From NCBI GenBank assembly GCA_965220385.1, contig OZ244825.1, forward strand, positions 777,142 to 841,141: a stretch of 64,000 nt of DNA, given 5' to 3'. Each line of letters opens with the position of its first letter. The stretch's first letter is position 1. The notes under the pieces are model-generated. The model saw only the letters and a list, made by a program, of their open reading frames with translations, was not told where the DNA came from and did no database searches. The DNA comes from Candidatus Poribacteria bacterium (GTDB lineage: Bacteria > Poribacteria > WGA-4E > PCPOR2b). Position numbers and translations under genes: made by a program. Shown piece by piece: positions 48,139 to 58,669 of the stretch.

Positions 48139-48981
48139 CTATACGCTCTGTGCGAACTGGTCCAGGTGGTGTCGGGCGCGGTTAATCTCATCGGTCACCT
48201 CTGCGGTCGTATCGAGGATCGGGATCCCACGCGGAACGGGATGCATAAAGATCTCCGTCCATCCGGAGAAGTTAATCTTTTTTAACGCAGATAAAATCGG
48301 CGCAAAATCCAAAGTACCCCGCCCCGGCAGCTGCATCAATTCCTGTTCTTTTGGTAACTTCTCGTGGCAGCCCATGCCGTGTTGCCACGCATAGAATAGG
48401 GCTAACCCCGGTCCCAGATCCGTAATCAACTGCGCCACCAATTCGGCGTCGTCCGGCAGGTGGTAGGGCGCCAAAGCGATGCCGAGATGTGGGGAATCCG
48501 TGAACTCAATCAACCACCGCATTGAGTCCGGCGATTCAATCAATGCGCTGCTGTGGTTCTCAATGCTGATGGTGATGCCGTGCTGCTCGGCAGTTGCGAT
48601 GTGCGGCTTCAACCCTTCTGCGAACTCAGCGACCGCTGCACGTAACTCCTCACCCGCTAAGTCCTTAGGTCCCTTGCTGCCGGTCACAATTAAGGAAGCC
48701 CCAAAGTCTTCGCAAAAAGCCATCTCGTCCGCTAAGCCGAAAGGACCCAGATCGAAACGGGTTGATACGCCTAAACCCGCTCCGTGATCCGCAAGGAGCG
48801 CCGCAAAAGCTTCGTTCCCCATAGACTCGACCTGCTCCCGCTGATCGCCGTGGACACGCGGCCAAATATCGATTTTCTCACTCCCGATCTTCTCCACTTC
48901 CGGTACAATCTCGGCTAAGGAGGTAGTGCCGTACATGCACGAAGCGAGGATATAGTTTAATTCAAATGGTGTGTCACTCAT
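48139..48981 (-). CDS. Sugar phosphate isomerase/epimerase (xylose isomerase-like TIM barrel)
   Basis: ISIENH, PGRGTLDF and FSGWTEI. Confidence 0.8.
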   Translation of the reverse strand: MSDTPFELNYILASCMYGTTSLAEIVPEVEKIGSEKIDIWPRVHGDQREQVESMGNEAFAALLADHGAGLGVSTRFDLGPFGLADEMAFCEDFGASLIVTGSKGPKDLAGEELRAAVAEFAEGLKPHIATAEQHGITISIENHSSALIESPDSMRWLIEFTDSPHLGIALAPYHLPDDAELVAQLITDLGPGLALFYAWQHGMGCHEKLPKEQELMQLPGRGTLDFAPILSALKKINFSGWTEIFMHPVPRGIPILDTTAEVTDEINRARHHLDQFAQSV

Positions 48982-50000
48982 AGCTTATCCACCTCCACAG
49001 ATTCTCCGCTTTTGCCAGACCGATATGCTGCCTCAATAATAGCCAAGACATGACGCCCTTCCGCAGGGGAGACCGGAACCTCTCCATCATTCTCAATCGC
49101 ATCCACAAAACGTCGCACCGCCACCGGCAACCCAAGCTCGTCCGGTCCTTCACTCTCCACCGGGGGATGCGCCCACTCTCCCGTCTCCTTGCGCCACACC
49201 GCCACCGGTGCCTCGCCGCCAAAGCGGATCTGCCCCTCAGTGCCCAAAATCTCATTTACACTGATTCCGCCTACCAGCGCCGACCAGCCAACCTGTATCG
49301 AAGTTGTTGCCCCGTTAGCGTGCTCAATCAGAACCAGCGCCGTATCTTCCACCTCGATATCCTGTACATGGCGACCGATCCGTGCATAGACCCTAACCGC
49401 CGGAGACCCGACATAATTGAGCGCGGTATAGACCTGGTGATAGCCGTTATCAATTAAAGGTCCGCCGCCGCCAGCTCTGGCTTCGGTGCGCCACTGCTGA
49501 GAGACACCTCTGCCCACCACGTGGGACCCACCGAAGCCTTCGGAACGCACCAGAAACACCGATCCGATTGCGCCCGCCTGTATCTGATCCATCGCCGCCC
49601 GGTGTGCCGCTGAGAAAAGCTGATTATGCCCGACCGTCATCTTGCGACCGGTGCGCTCTGACGCAGCGATCATCCGATCGACCTCCTCCAAGTTAGTAGC
49701 GATAGGTTTTTCGAGGAATACGTGAGCGCCCCGCTCCATCGCGGCAACCGCTTGAGGTTCGTGCAGATGGTGAGGGGTGCAGATATGCACCAAGTCCAGT
49801 TTTTCTTTGGCAAGCATCTCTTCCCAATTGGTATAAAGGTGCCCCGACGCAACCCCCAGTTTTCCGCCCATTAGGTCAAGGCGTTCTTGCGCGAGATCTG
49901 CCAGTGCGGTAACTGTTACGCGATCGTTCAACCTTGCTAGCATGGGTCCATGCCGCCGTTCCGTGATTCCGCCACAACCGATAATTCCTGCTCTCAACAT
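48978..50000 (-). CDS. Gfo/Idh/MocA family oxidoreductase
   Basis: GIIGCGGI, ICTPHHLH, EKPIA and GGGPLIDNGYH. Confidence 0.92.
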   Translation of the reverse strand: MLRAGIIGCGGITERRHGPMLARLNDRVTVTALADLAQERLDLMGGKLGVASGHLYTNWEEMLAKEKLDLVHICTPHHLHEPQAVAAMERGAHVFLEKPIATNLEEVDRMIAASERTGRKMTVGHNQLFSAAHRAAMDQIQAGAIGSVFLVRSEGFGGSHVVGRGVSQQWRTEARAGGGGPLIDNGYHQVYTALNYVGSPAVRVYARIGRHVQDIEVEDTALVLIEHANGATTSIQVGWSALVGGISVNEILGTEGQIRFGGEAPVAVWRKETGEWAHPPVESEGPDELGLPVAVRRFVDAIENDGEVPVSPAEGRHVLAIIEAAYRSGKSGESVEVDKL

Positions 50001-50265
50001 AAATCGTCCTCCTCAGTGCGATTATAATAAATGTTATCCGTTCTGTCAATTGTCTTTATTGGTTCATCGCTTCATTTAGCCCCAGTGGGGCGACATGTTT
50101 ATAGCACACGGATAAACAAATACCCTAAAGCCCCAGAGGGGCGACATGTGTATCCGCAGGGCGGAACGCAAGAAGAATGGATGAACCAACTAATGAATCA
50201 ATGAACTCCCTGATACATCGGGATCCAAAGCGACTTGAACAATGTGGAAACAACTTTCTCATTAG

Positions 50266-50442
50266 CTAGGGTGTGTTGACATTTTGCTTTTGCTATCGCG
50301 AGAAACGCTCGAGTCACTGGAAAAGCTGCCAGAACCCGAGTTTTTTCTTCAAAACTCGGTTTCTTTTCTGGGGATTCTACGTCAGTGAACCAATGTATGG
50401 CTTTCTATTATCTGGTTACAATGAAATGTCAACAGAATCTAG
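50266..50442. mobile_element. Putative MITE
   Basis: Terminal inverted repeats CTAGGGTGTGTTGACATT and AATGTCAACAGAATCTAG; encloses a REP palindrome. Confidence 0.55.
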
Positions 50443-50721
50443 CACCAAAGGTTAATACTCCGCTAGGACCAAAACAGGAATGACCAAAATTCCCATTTTT
50501 TCCTTCAAAACTACCGCTTGCAATTATATCGCCTGACAGTTATAATTCTACTCAATACGAAAATCCTGAAGACAGTAGATCCAACGAATGACTTTCTAAA
50601 ATCCCTCACTGTCTATGCCTACTATGCGGGTGAATGAATATTATCAGTCACACACAATTTTTAGTCCCTACCCAATTTTATAAATGAACCTCATACTTCC
50701 GAACGATACAGGAGAAGACAA

Positions 50722-51672
50722 ATGAAATATGTGGAGCTTGGCACAACCGGAGAGCAGGTATCCCTTGTCGCCTTGGGGTGCATGAGCCTAACACCCACCG
50801 CGAAGGAACGCAGCATCGCAACCGTCCATCGTGCCTATGAACTGGGCATCACTCTATACGATACCGCCGACATCTACGGCGACGGCGAATCCGAAAAAAT
50901 ACTCGGAGAAGCCCTCCGGGAGGGCAATATCCCACGTGAAAAGGTGATTATCGCCTCCAAATGCGCCGCCCTGCGGTACGAAAATGTATATACATGGAAT
51001 CTGTCCGGGGACTACATCAAGGAGTGCTGTGAGGGATCGCTCAAGCGTTTGGGGGTGGACTATATAGACCTCTATCAGCCGCACCGCATTGACTATCTCG
51101 CACACCCAGAGGAAACCGCCCGTGCACTGGAGGATCTGAAAGCAGAGGGGAAGATCCGGCATGTCGGTGTCAGCAACTATACGCCAGATGAGATCCGCGC
51201 CATCTCCGCTTATACCCGCGTAGAAGCACTCCAGACGCTATTTCACCTGCTAATCCAAGAACCTCTTGAGGTCGGTCTCGCCGCGGTCTGCTTGGAAAAG
51301 AAGATGAATATGCTCTGCTACAGTCCGCTTGCCGGCGGACTGCTCACGGGAAATAAACCGCTGCCGCACACCTTCGATCAGGGATTCGGCGATTGGCAGG
51401 AACAACGTGAACAAGGTGTCGTAGCGCAGGTAAAGATAGTCGCTGATCGATACGGCGTAACCCCGGGACAGATCGCTTTAGCATGGCTTATGGCACTACC
51501 CGGTGGTGTTATCCCACTCGTAGGCACCGGCAACCCCGACCACATTGCAGAAGGTGCGAAGGCTGCGGATATTACGCTGGAGCGTGACGATTGGTATGAA
51601 CTGACCGTCATTGGTCGCGGTCGTCGGATGCGGTGGCGGGGAAGACCCTATGTCTATTTAAAGGATCGGTAG
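50722..51672 (+). CDS. Aldo/keto reductase
   Basis: YDTADIYG, ASKC, DLYQPHR, GVSNY and YSPLAGG. Confidence 0.92.
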   Translation: MKYVELGTTGEQVSLVALGCMSLTPTAKERSIATVHRAYELGITLYDTADIYGDGESEKILGEALREGNIPREKVIIASKCAALRYENVYTWNLSGDYIKECCEGSLKRLGVDYIDLYQPHRIDYLAHPEETARALEDLKAEGKIRHVGVSNYTPDEIRAISAYTRVEALQTLFHLLIQEPLEVGLAAVCLEKKMNMLCYSPLAGGLLTGNKPLPHTFDQGFGDWQEQREQGVVAQVKIVADRYGVTPGQIALAWLMALPGGVIPLVGTGNPDHIAEGAKAADITLERDDWYELTVIGRGRRMRWRGRPYVYLKDR

Positions 51673-51796
51673 TATTGGTTCACTAGTTCATAAGCCCCCC
51701 TGACCAGGGGGATTTAGGGGGTTAAAACACACTCTCGCCGCGTGCCTGTAGTTCACTATTTTATTGAATTGGCGAACCCCTGAAAGGAGATACACT

Positions 51797-52654
51797 GTGA
51801 TTGATTTTTCACGCTCCACGTTTACTTGGCATTCACTTCCATGGACGCCCGATCCCTACTATCGTTGGACAGGCGGTTTTGTGGGAGAGCCTGGTCAAGC
51901 GTATCATGTCCGATTCGGCCTTGAAGCCAGCTGCGAAGTACGAGACGAATCGAGCGGACATGTTAGAAAGATGTTTCTCGGGGCACCGTGTCGGAGCGAG
52001 TACACAATCGCGTCCCGAAACATGTTCCAGATTCCCAGTGGTGAGTGGCGTATGGCTTTCAGCGATGAATCGCAGTTAAGCATCGCGAGAAGACCGAGCA
52101 ACGAATCCGAGGAAGCCTCAACGAGAAAGCTCAGCGAGATCTATCAAAGTTATAAGGTTGATGTGCGTTCCCATGATAACTTTTCTGAGCTGACCGATAT
52201 AGGTGAGATCTGTGAAGCAACCCTGAACGGCGACCTACTAAACGCAAGGTCAACCTACCGCGATGCCGACCGCGGACTCTCGATCTCGGTCGAATATCCC
52301 GTAGATGTCATGAACCTCAATGTAGAGGATAAGCAGTTCCAAGTCTGTACCGGCCCCATCATGCTGCCCGACCTCCACACTTGGGACGGTAACGACGTTA
52401 AGCGGGTGTTTCAGGCGCAGGTCGCTATCTCCGCATTTGACTGGGTGGAATTCATCTTACTACGGGAGATCAACGCATCGGATGCGGATCGGGAATGGCT
52501 GGACAAGCCCCGCGGTCGAGATCGTCTGGAGCTGCGAGATCCGAATAATCCACCGCCCAACTATCCGCCCGCACGACCCCGTCCTACCGTTTATAATGAA
52601 GTCTGGGAATTTGAAGCCGCCAACGTTGTGTTACGAGCAACAAATCCAGTTTAA
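51797..52654 (+). CDS. Hypothetical protein
   Basis: AAAGGAG RBS with GTG start; 285-aa ORF; no family recognised. Confidence 0.7.
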   Translation: MIDFSRSTFTWHSLPWTPDPYYRWTGGFVGEPGQAYHVRFGLEASCEVRDESSGHVRKMFLGAPCRSEYTIASRNMFQIPSGEWRMAFSDESQLSIARRPSNESEEASTRKLSEIYQSYKVDVRSHDNFSELTDIGEICEATLNGDLLNARSTYRDADRGLSISVEYPVDVMNLNVEDKQFQVCTGPIMLPDLHTWDGNDVKRVFQAQVAISAFDWVEFILLREINASDADREWLDKPRGRDRLELRDPNNPPPNYPPARPRPTVYNEVWEFEAANVVLRATNPV

Positions 52655-52784
52655 TCCACTAATTCATTGTCAGTGGCGAACACAGGTCTGCATTCCCTTC
52701 AAGTCCCATAGGATAAGAAACCGAGTTTTTTCTTGAAAACTCGGTTTCTTTCTATGATGCACATACGGAAGAATCTTAAACATT

Positions 52785-53825
52785 TAGGAGTTACGCAGTT
52801 GAGGTGTAAATTGGTTTATTGAGATAATCCCGGACAGCATCTCTGATAATGGAGAGTTTAGCTTCAAACCAACTGATGCCTGTCAAAAACCGGTGTCGCT
52901 CCAAACGTAGAAATGCTCTCAATGCGAGACCGATATGGTTCCGTTGTGCCACCGCCTTGCGCGCAAAACACCTTTCAACGCCAACAAATTGCTTGATACC
53001 GCGATGATATTCTTCAATAGCCCAACCCAACTCAGCATATTTGAGTCGAAATAGTTCGTTCATTGAGAGATCACTTGTTGCCCAATATTCAATGTTGCCG
53101 TTTTTGGAAACGATCCTGAACACTTTAATCAATCCGTATCCCTTCAGATGAACGATAGTCCCTTTGTTGCTAATTGGTAACTGGCTGACCGGTTGATTGC
53201 CTTGTCTATTGAGGTTGACCTGTCGATTCGACTTCAATTGGGTCAACCAGTGCCATTGATACTTTTGAATCGTCTTTAGATTCTTCAAACTGCTGTACCA
53301 ACTGTCAAACACGACGCACTCTGGAGCAAACCCTCTGGCATCAGCGGTGGCAATCAGTGCTTGGAAGTGGTCATTTTTGGTCAAACCATCATGGGCTTTA
53401 TTATACAAGCGATAGTCGCAAGGAATGTGACTGTCACCATCGGTCCACATCAGTGTAATGAGGTTAATGCCTGATACCACTTGTTGGTGTTTGCCTGACC
53501 AGTGACGGGTGACAAGATCCATCTTCTGTGCATACGGTTTATCAAGCGTTGAGTCGTCTATGACTAAAACGCCTTGGGTTTTGTTGACACAAGGTGCTGC
53601 CTCACGCCACAACGATTCTGAATCAGCAGGCAGTCTATACAACAACCGATTCAATGAGTCATGGGCAGGTGGATTATCGTCTGAAGGCTGCACGCGGGCT
53701 GCCTCTGTGCAACTGTAGGTACTCGGGGTGGCTATCACAAAGTTGATGTAGTCATATTCGGTACATTTGGCTGGATTCATAAACACTATTATAACCTATT
53801 TGGATGCTCAACTGCGTAACTCCTA
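52785..53825 (-). mobile_element. Complete IS701-family insertion sequence (1,041 bp)
   Basis: Perfect 19-bp terminal inverted repeats TAGGAGTTACGCAGTTGAG (52785-52803) and CTCAACTGCGTAACTCCTA (53807-53825); ACATT on both sides. Confidence 0.9.
52791..53780 (-). CDS. IS701-family DDE transposase
   Basis: LVIDDSTLDKPY, VFDSWYSS and WAIEEYHRGIKQ; the stop codon lies inside the TIR; lower GC. Confidence 0.92.
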   Translation of the reverse strand: MNPAKCTEYDYINFVIATPSTYSCTEAARVQPSDDNPPAHDSLNRLLYRLPADSESLWREAAPCVNKTQGVLVIDDSTLDKPYAQKMDLVTRHWSGKHQQVVSGINLITLMWTDGDSHIPCDYRLYNKAHDGLTKNDHFQALIATADARGFAPECVVFDSWYSSLKNLKTIQKYQWHWLTQLKSNRQVNLNRQGNQPVSQLPISNKGTIVHLKGYGLIKVFRIVSKNGNIEYWATSDLSMNELFRLKYAELGWAIEEYHRGIKQFVGVERCFARKAVAQRNHIGLALRAFLRLERHRFLTGISWFEAKLSIIRDAVRDYLNKPIYTSTA

Positions 53826-53831
53826 ACATTA

Positions 53832-54055
53832 TAGGACTTACGCACTTGAACACTCAAAATTTGTAGTTCGGTGATGAATCACCGCAGTACGCCATTTCCA
53901 ACGCCCGTTTCTTAATCCCGCCTGCCTGCTCTCGGCTTGTCGGAGTCCCGCCTGTCCCGATTTATCGGGGATTCATCGGGGATTTATCGGGGATTCATTG
54001 CGCGTCCGGACGGTCAATAAATCGCCCTACTACAAACTGAACTGCGTAACTCCTA
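53832..54055. mobile_element. MITE with the same ends as the adjacent IS
   Basis: TAGGACTTACGCAC...ACTGCGTAACTCCTA, flanked by ACATTA on both sides (53826-53831 and 54056-54061). Confidence 0.85.
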
Positions 54056-54079
54056 ACATTATTTCAACGTAAGAGGTAT

Positions 54080-55315
54080 TTGATGCACGCAGAAATTGTT
54101 ATGATTGGAACCGAACTCCTGCTCGGAGAGATTGTCGACACGAACGCTAACAGATTGGCACTCGCACTCCGAGATGTTGGGCTAGACCTATACTACAAAA
54201 CAACTGTCGGCGATAATCTTGACCGAATGACCGAGGTCCTCAACTTGGCGCTTGATCGGTCGGATGTCATCATCACCTCCGGCGGTATCGGTCCCACAGT
54301 GGACGACGTCACACGCCAAGCCGTTGCCAACGCAACCGGGCGTAGACTGGTCTACAGCACGGAATTGGAGGCTGAGATTGCCGCACGTTTCAACCGGTTT
54401 GGTCGACCAATGGCGGACAACAACAAACGTCAAGCCTACATCCCCGAAGGCGCAACGCCGCTGACAAATCCCGTGGGGACGGCGCCCTGCTATCTGAGCG
54501 AGGATGTGAACGGGCGGGGCTGTATCATTTCGCTGCCGGGTGTGCCGAGGGAGCTGGACCACATGATGGAGAACACCGTCATTCCGCTGCTGATCGAACG
54601 CATGGGTGGAATCAAGATCACGCGGGTTCGTGTGCTACGCACATGTGCCGTGGGAGAGAGTAATATTGATCGCGGAATCGGCGATCTGATGACGGAGGGC
54701 AATCCTACCGTAGGACTGGCAGCCCATATCGGTCAGACTGATGTGCGAATCACCGCAAAGGCGGATACGGAAGAAGAAGCCGATACGCTCGTCGCTGGAA
54801 TGGAAGAAAAACTCCGCGAACGGTTAGGGGTCGCCGTTTATGGTGTGGGCAAGGTAACGGTGGCGGAGGTCGTCGGCGAGCTTATGCAAGAAAAATCGCT
54901 CAGGATAGGCGTAGTCGATACACTCACCGGCGGTCAACTCGCACGAGATCTCGTTGAGTCCGGCTATGCTGACCTCGTTGTGACTGACCTTGCTCCGGCT
55001 AATTTAACGGAGGCGTCGAAACATTCGGACGCTGCTATCGCCGACCCCACGGATGTTGAAGAAGCGCGTTCCCTCGCTGTGTCCCTCGCTGAGGGTGTGA
55101 CACCCGCCGGCGGCATAGGACTTGCAATGATTGGACCCTATGAAGATTCGTCCACCTTTGTTGCCTTGAACGGACCGGGAGAAGCAGGTCTCTTTGAACG
55201 GGGGCGCAACTTTCAGGATACCGATCATATGCGTCGGTGGTTGGTTGTCCAATCCTTGGATTGGGTTCGCCGCACACTCTTGGGACAGATGAAGTCGCCG
55301 GTGGATTGGAATTAG
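54080..55315 (+). CDS. cinA: CinA family protein (N-terminal MocF/COG1058 domain plus degenerate PncC-like domain)
   Basis: IGTELLLGEIVDTN, VGDN, GGIGPTVDDVT, NPVGTAP and LPGVPREL. Confidence 0.88.
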   Translation: MMHAEIVMIGTELLLGEIVDTNANRLALALRDVGLDLYYKTTVGDNLDRMTEVLNLALDRSDVIITSGGIGPTVDDVTRQAVANATGRRLVYSTELEAEIAARFNRFGRPMADNNKRQAYIPEGATPLTNPVGTAPCYLSEDVNGRGCIISLPGVPRELDHMMENTVIPLLIERMGGIKITRVRVLRTCAVGESNIDRGIGDLMTEGNPTVGLAAHIGQTDVRITAKADTEEEADTLVAGMEEKLRERLGVAVYGVGKVTVAEVVGELMQEKSLRIGVVDTLTGGQLARDLVESGYADLVVTDLAPANLTEASKHSDAAIADPTDVEEARSLAVSLAEGVTPAGGIGLAMIGPYEDSSTFVALNGPGEAGLFERGRNFQDTDHMRRWLVVQSLDWVRRTLLGQMKSPVDWN

Positions 55316-55334
55316 CCTACAGGAGGTAGAACTA

Positions 55335-55811
55335 ATGGCTAAACTTGACGGATTAACTCCCGCAAAACGGTTGTATCTTGAATATTGGACAGCATTCCGA
55401 GATCTTCTAGAAGAACGTAGCGGACTGATTAATCCCGTCAAACCTTCCGTGGAGAGAGAACTGCACTTTGGTATTGGTCGTACTGGGTTTCATATCACCG
55501 TTCTTGCTAGTGTTAGGAGTGAATGGATCTGTGTGCGTCTTGTACTGAATCATCAGGAAGCCAAAAGTCACTTTCATCTCTTGGAATGGGATAGGATAAA
55601 TATTGAAAAAGAGTTCGGTGCTAAATTGGAATGGGAGGAAAAACCTGGATTCAAAGAGAAGCACATAAGACGCTTTCTGTATGGCACCGATCTTAAAGAC
55701 CGACACGATTGGAACAGACAGCACTTGTGGCTATATCAGCAACTCGAAACCTTTTACAAAGTCTTCTCGCGGCGAGTTAAAGAACTTGACGCTAACGATT
55801 ATCACCCCTGA
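55335..55811 (+). CDS. Stand-alone DUF4268-like domain protein
   Basis: GGAGG RBS; paralogous to the C-terminal half of the next gene. Confidence 0.75.
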   Translation: MAKLDGLTPAKRLYLEYWTAFRDLLEERSGLINPVKPSVERELHFGIGRTGFHITVLASVRSEWICVRLVLNHQEAKSHFHLLEWDRINIEKEFGAKLEWEEKPGFKEKHIRRFLYGTDLKDRHDWNRQHLWLYQQLETFYKVFSRRVKELDANDYHP

Positions 55812-55858
55812 GACTAGCCGTATAGATGAATCGGCTCAGAATAAAGGAGATAGGATTG

Positions 55859-56842
55859 ATGGCAAAACTTGAACGTTTAACCAAAGTCCCTCTCAGGGAC
55901 TTTTGGGAAGGGGAGGCGAGTGATTTCACGCCTTGGTTGGCTGACGAGGAAAATATAAGCCTATTGGGTGAGACAATTGGTATTGAAATGGAAGTCGAGG
56001 CGCAGGAGAAAAATGTTGGTCCGTTCAGAGCGGATATTCTGTGTAAGGATACAGTGACAGACAGTTCGGTGCTCATTGAAAATCAGCTTGAGCGGACAAA
56101 TCACACCCATCTCGGTCAATTGTTAACCTATGCCGCTGGGTTGGAAGCTGTAACAGTGGTATGGATCGCGGAACACTTTACCGAGGAGCATCGTGCTGCA
56201 CTCGACTGGCTCAACGAGATTACGGATGAAGGGTTTAGCTTCTTCGGGCTGGAGATTCAACTGTGGCGAATTAATGATTCACCGATGGCACCGAAGTTTA
56301 ACGTGGTCTCACATCCTAACAGTTGGCAGAAAACTGTTACGAGAATATCGCGAGGTGAATTAAGCACCACAAATCAGTTGTATCTCGAATACTGGACGAA
56401 GCTACGAAATCTTCTAGAACAACGTGACGGCGTGATTAACCCCAGAGAACCTCGGACTGCGAACTGGCTAGGTGTTAGCATTGGTCGCTCAAAGTTTCTG
56501 CTCGCTGCTTCTGCTAGCATGAGAGACAAATGGATCTGTGTGAGCCTTACGCTTAGAGGCCCCGATGCAAAACCTCACTTCCAGCTCTTGAAAAGGGAAA
56601 AGGCAGATATCGAAGAAGAGATTGGTGACAAGCTGGAGTGGGATGAAAAGGACGATTGGGAGCGAAGCGAAATAAGTCTCTCTTTTCCGAAGGAAATCGA
56701 TCTCGAAGACCGCGGAGACTGGAATAGACAGCACCAATGGCTCTGTGAGAAACTTGAAACCTTTCATCAGGTTTTCTCGCGGCGGGTTAAAGAGCTTGAT
56801 GCCAGCGATTATCTCCCCGAAGAGGACGAGACCGACGAATAA
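55859..56842 (+). CDS. DUF4268 protein with N-terminal PD-(D/E)xK-like nuclease domain
   Basis: EASDFTPWLA, VGPFRADIL, IENQL..T.H.HLGQLLTYAAG and HRAALDWLNE. Confidence 0.85.
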   Translation: MAKLERLTKVPLRDFWEGEASDFTPWLADEENISLLGETIGIEMEVEAQEKNVGPFRADILCKDTVTDSSVLIENQLERTNHTHLGQLLTYAAGLEAVTVVWIAEHFTEEHRAALDWLNEITDEGFSFFGLEIQLWRINDSPMAPKFNVVSHPNSWQKTVTRISRGELSTTNQLYLEYWTKLRNLLEQRDGVINPREPRTANWLGVSIGRSKFLLAASASMRDKWICVSLTLRGPDAKPHFQLLKREKADIEEEIGDKLEWDEKDDWERSEISLSFPKEIDLEDRGDWNRQHQWLCEKLETFHQVFSRRVKELDASDYLPEEDETDE

Positions 56843-56863
56843 ACCAAAAAACATTGGCCATAA

Positions 56864-58507
56864 ATGGAAAATGGAATCGATACCGCCGCAGCCTCCGAAG
56901 ACCAACAGCGAGTCACCCGATCTGCCGGGATCGTCAGTATCGCCGTCATGGCGTCGCGGCTGCTTGGGTTGGTCCGTGAGAAGGTGATCGCCTACTACTT
57001 TGCCGCCGGCGTCGGCGGTGATGCGTTCTATGCCGCGTTCCGAATCCCAAACCTGATGCGGGATCTATTCGGCGAAGGTGCGTTGAGCAAGGCGTTTGTC
57101 ACAACCTTTACGGCGACCGAATTGGAGGACGGCGAAGAAGCCGCTTGGCGCTTGGCGAACCGGGTGTTCAACGCCAGTTTCCTCCTGCTAACACTGATAA
57201 CGGTCATTGGGATTTTCGCTGCCCCCGCTATTGTCGATCTAATATTCACCGGCAAGGGGTTCCAAGAGGTGCCGCTCGATCCGTCAGAACATTCCGGCTT
57301 CGATTCCAAGCGCGATCTGACCGTCTACCTGACGCGGATCATGTTTCCGTACCTGATACTGGTTTCGCTGGCAGCGGTCACGATGGGGCTTCTCAACAGC
57401 AAGGGCAAATTCGGGCTGCCCGCCTCCGCCTCCTCTTTTTTCAACGTGGGTTCGTTAATCGTCGGGGTGTGGGGTTACTATATCGGGCCAAGCCTTGACC
57501 TACACCGAACAACGGGGATGGCGGTTGGCGTAGTCGTTGGAGGCGCGTTGCAGTTCCTGATCCAAGTGCCGTCAGCACGGCGTGTCGGATTCCGCTATCA
57601 GCCCCTTCTCAGCTTTCGTGACGAACGGGTGCGACAGGTGATGCGTCTTATCGGACCGGCGATCCTTGGGGTTGCCGCGTTGCAGATAAACGTGCTGGTC
57701 AACTCAATCTTCGCATCGGAGGGCGGGGGCTGGCTGACCTGGATTAATCGTGCCTTTCGGCTCATGCACCTACCGATCGGTGTCTTCGGTGTTGCAATCT
57801 CCACCGTTGCCCTGCCGAACCTTGCGAAATTGGTCGCAGAGGGAAACATGGAGGAGTTCCGCCGCGCTTTTTCGTATGCGCTGCGTCTGACCTTTCTGCT
57901 CACGGTGCCTGCATCGATTGGGTTGATGGTGCTCGCGGAACCGATCTGTCGTCTCATCTTTGAGGGCGGACAAGCGAGTCCTCTGGACACGCAACAGACG
58001 GCGGGCGCCCTGTTCTACTACGCCTTCGGTCTCTGCGGTTTTTCGGCAGTCAAAATCGCGACGGACGGATTTTATACCTTCAACGACACGCGCACTCCTG
58101 CTATAATTAGCCTGTGCACCGTTGGACTCAATATCACCCTGAACTACCTCTTTATCTATCGGCTCGGCTTCGACCACCGATCCCTTGCACTATCAACCGC
58201 CTGCACAATTACGCTGAATTTCCTTGCGCTGCTGTTTCTTCTGCGCGGAAGGGCAGGCGGATTGGGATTAGCTAGCATCTGGCTATTACTAATTAAACTC
58301 GCACTTGCTTCTGCTGTTATGGGGTGCGCCTGCTGGTGGAGCTACACACAGATTGAGGGATGGCTGGGTGTCGAAAGCATTGTCGCTCGGCTCATCGGTG
58401 TGTTTGTCCCGATCGGGTTGGGCGTAGCGGTTTTGGTCGCGGGCGCCAAGTTGATGCGGATCCGAGAGCTGGATCAACTGCTAAGCGCAATCGCTCGACG
58501 GCTGTAA
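56864..58507 (+). CDS. murJ: Lipid II flippase MurJ (MviN)
   Basis: SRLLGLVRE, AFRIPNLMRDLFGEGAL and RLMHLPIGVFG. Confidence 0.95.
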   Translation: MENGIDTAAASEDQQRVTRSAGIVSIAVMASRLLGLVREKVIAYYFAAGVGGDAFYAAFRIPNLMRDLFGEGALSKAFVTTFTATELEDGEEAAWRLANRVFNASFLLLTLITVIGIFAAPAIVDLIFTGKGFQEVPLDPSEHSGFDSKRDLTVYLTRIMFPYLILVSLAAVTMGLLNSKGKFGLPASASSFFNVGSLIVGVWGYYIGPSLDLHRTTGMAVGVVVGGALQFLIQVPSARRVGFRYQPLLSFRDERVRQVMRLIGPAILGVAALQINVLVNSIFASEGGGWLTWINRAFRLMHLPIGVFGVAISTVALPNLAKLVAEGNMEEFRRAFSYALRLTFLLTVPASIGLMVLAEPICRLIFEGGQASPLDTQQTAGALFYYAFGLCGFSAVKIATDGFYTFNDTRTPAIISLCTVGLNITLNYLFIYRLGFDHRSLALSTACTITLNFLALLFLLRGRAGGLGLASIWLLLIKLALASAVMGCACWWSYTQIEGWLGVESIVARLIGVFVPIGLGVAVLVAGAKLMRIRELDQLLSAIARRL

Positions 58508-58669
58508 TAGTCCACTGCTTCATTGAATGGGAGGACTGGACATTGCGCTCCTCTGGAGCGAGAGATGGACGCACCGCCGTCTGGTTCACTGATGCACTTG
58601 TTCATGGTTGTGATTAATGAGCTTTTGAACTAATGAACCCGATCTGTTCAACGGTTACGGCCTACACCC

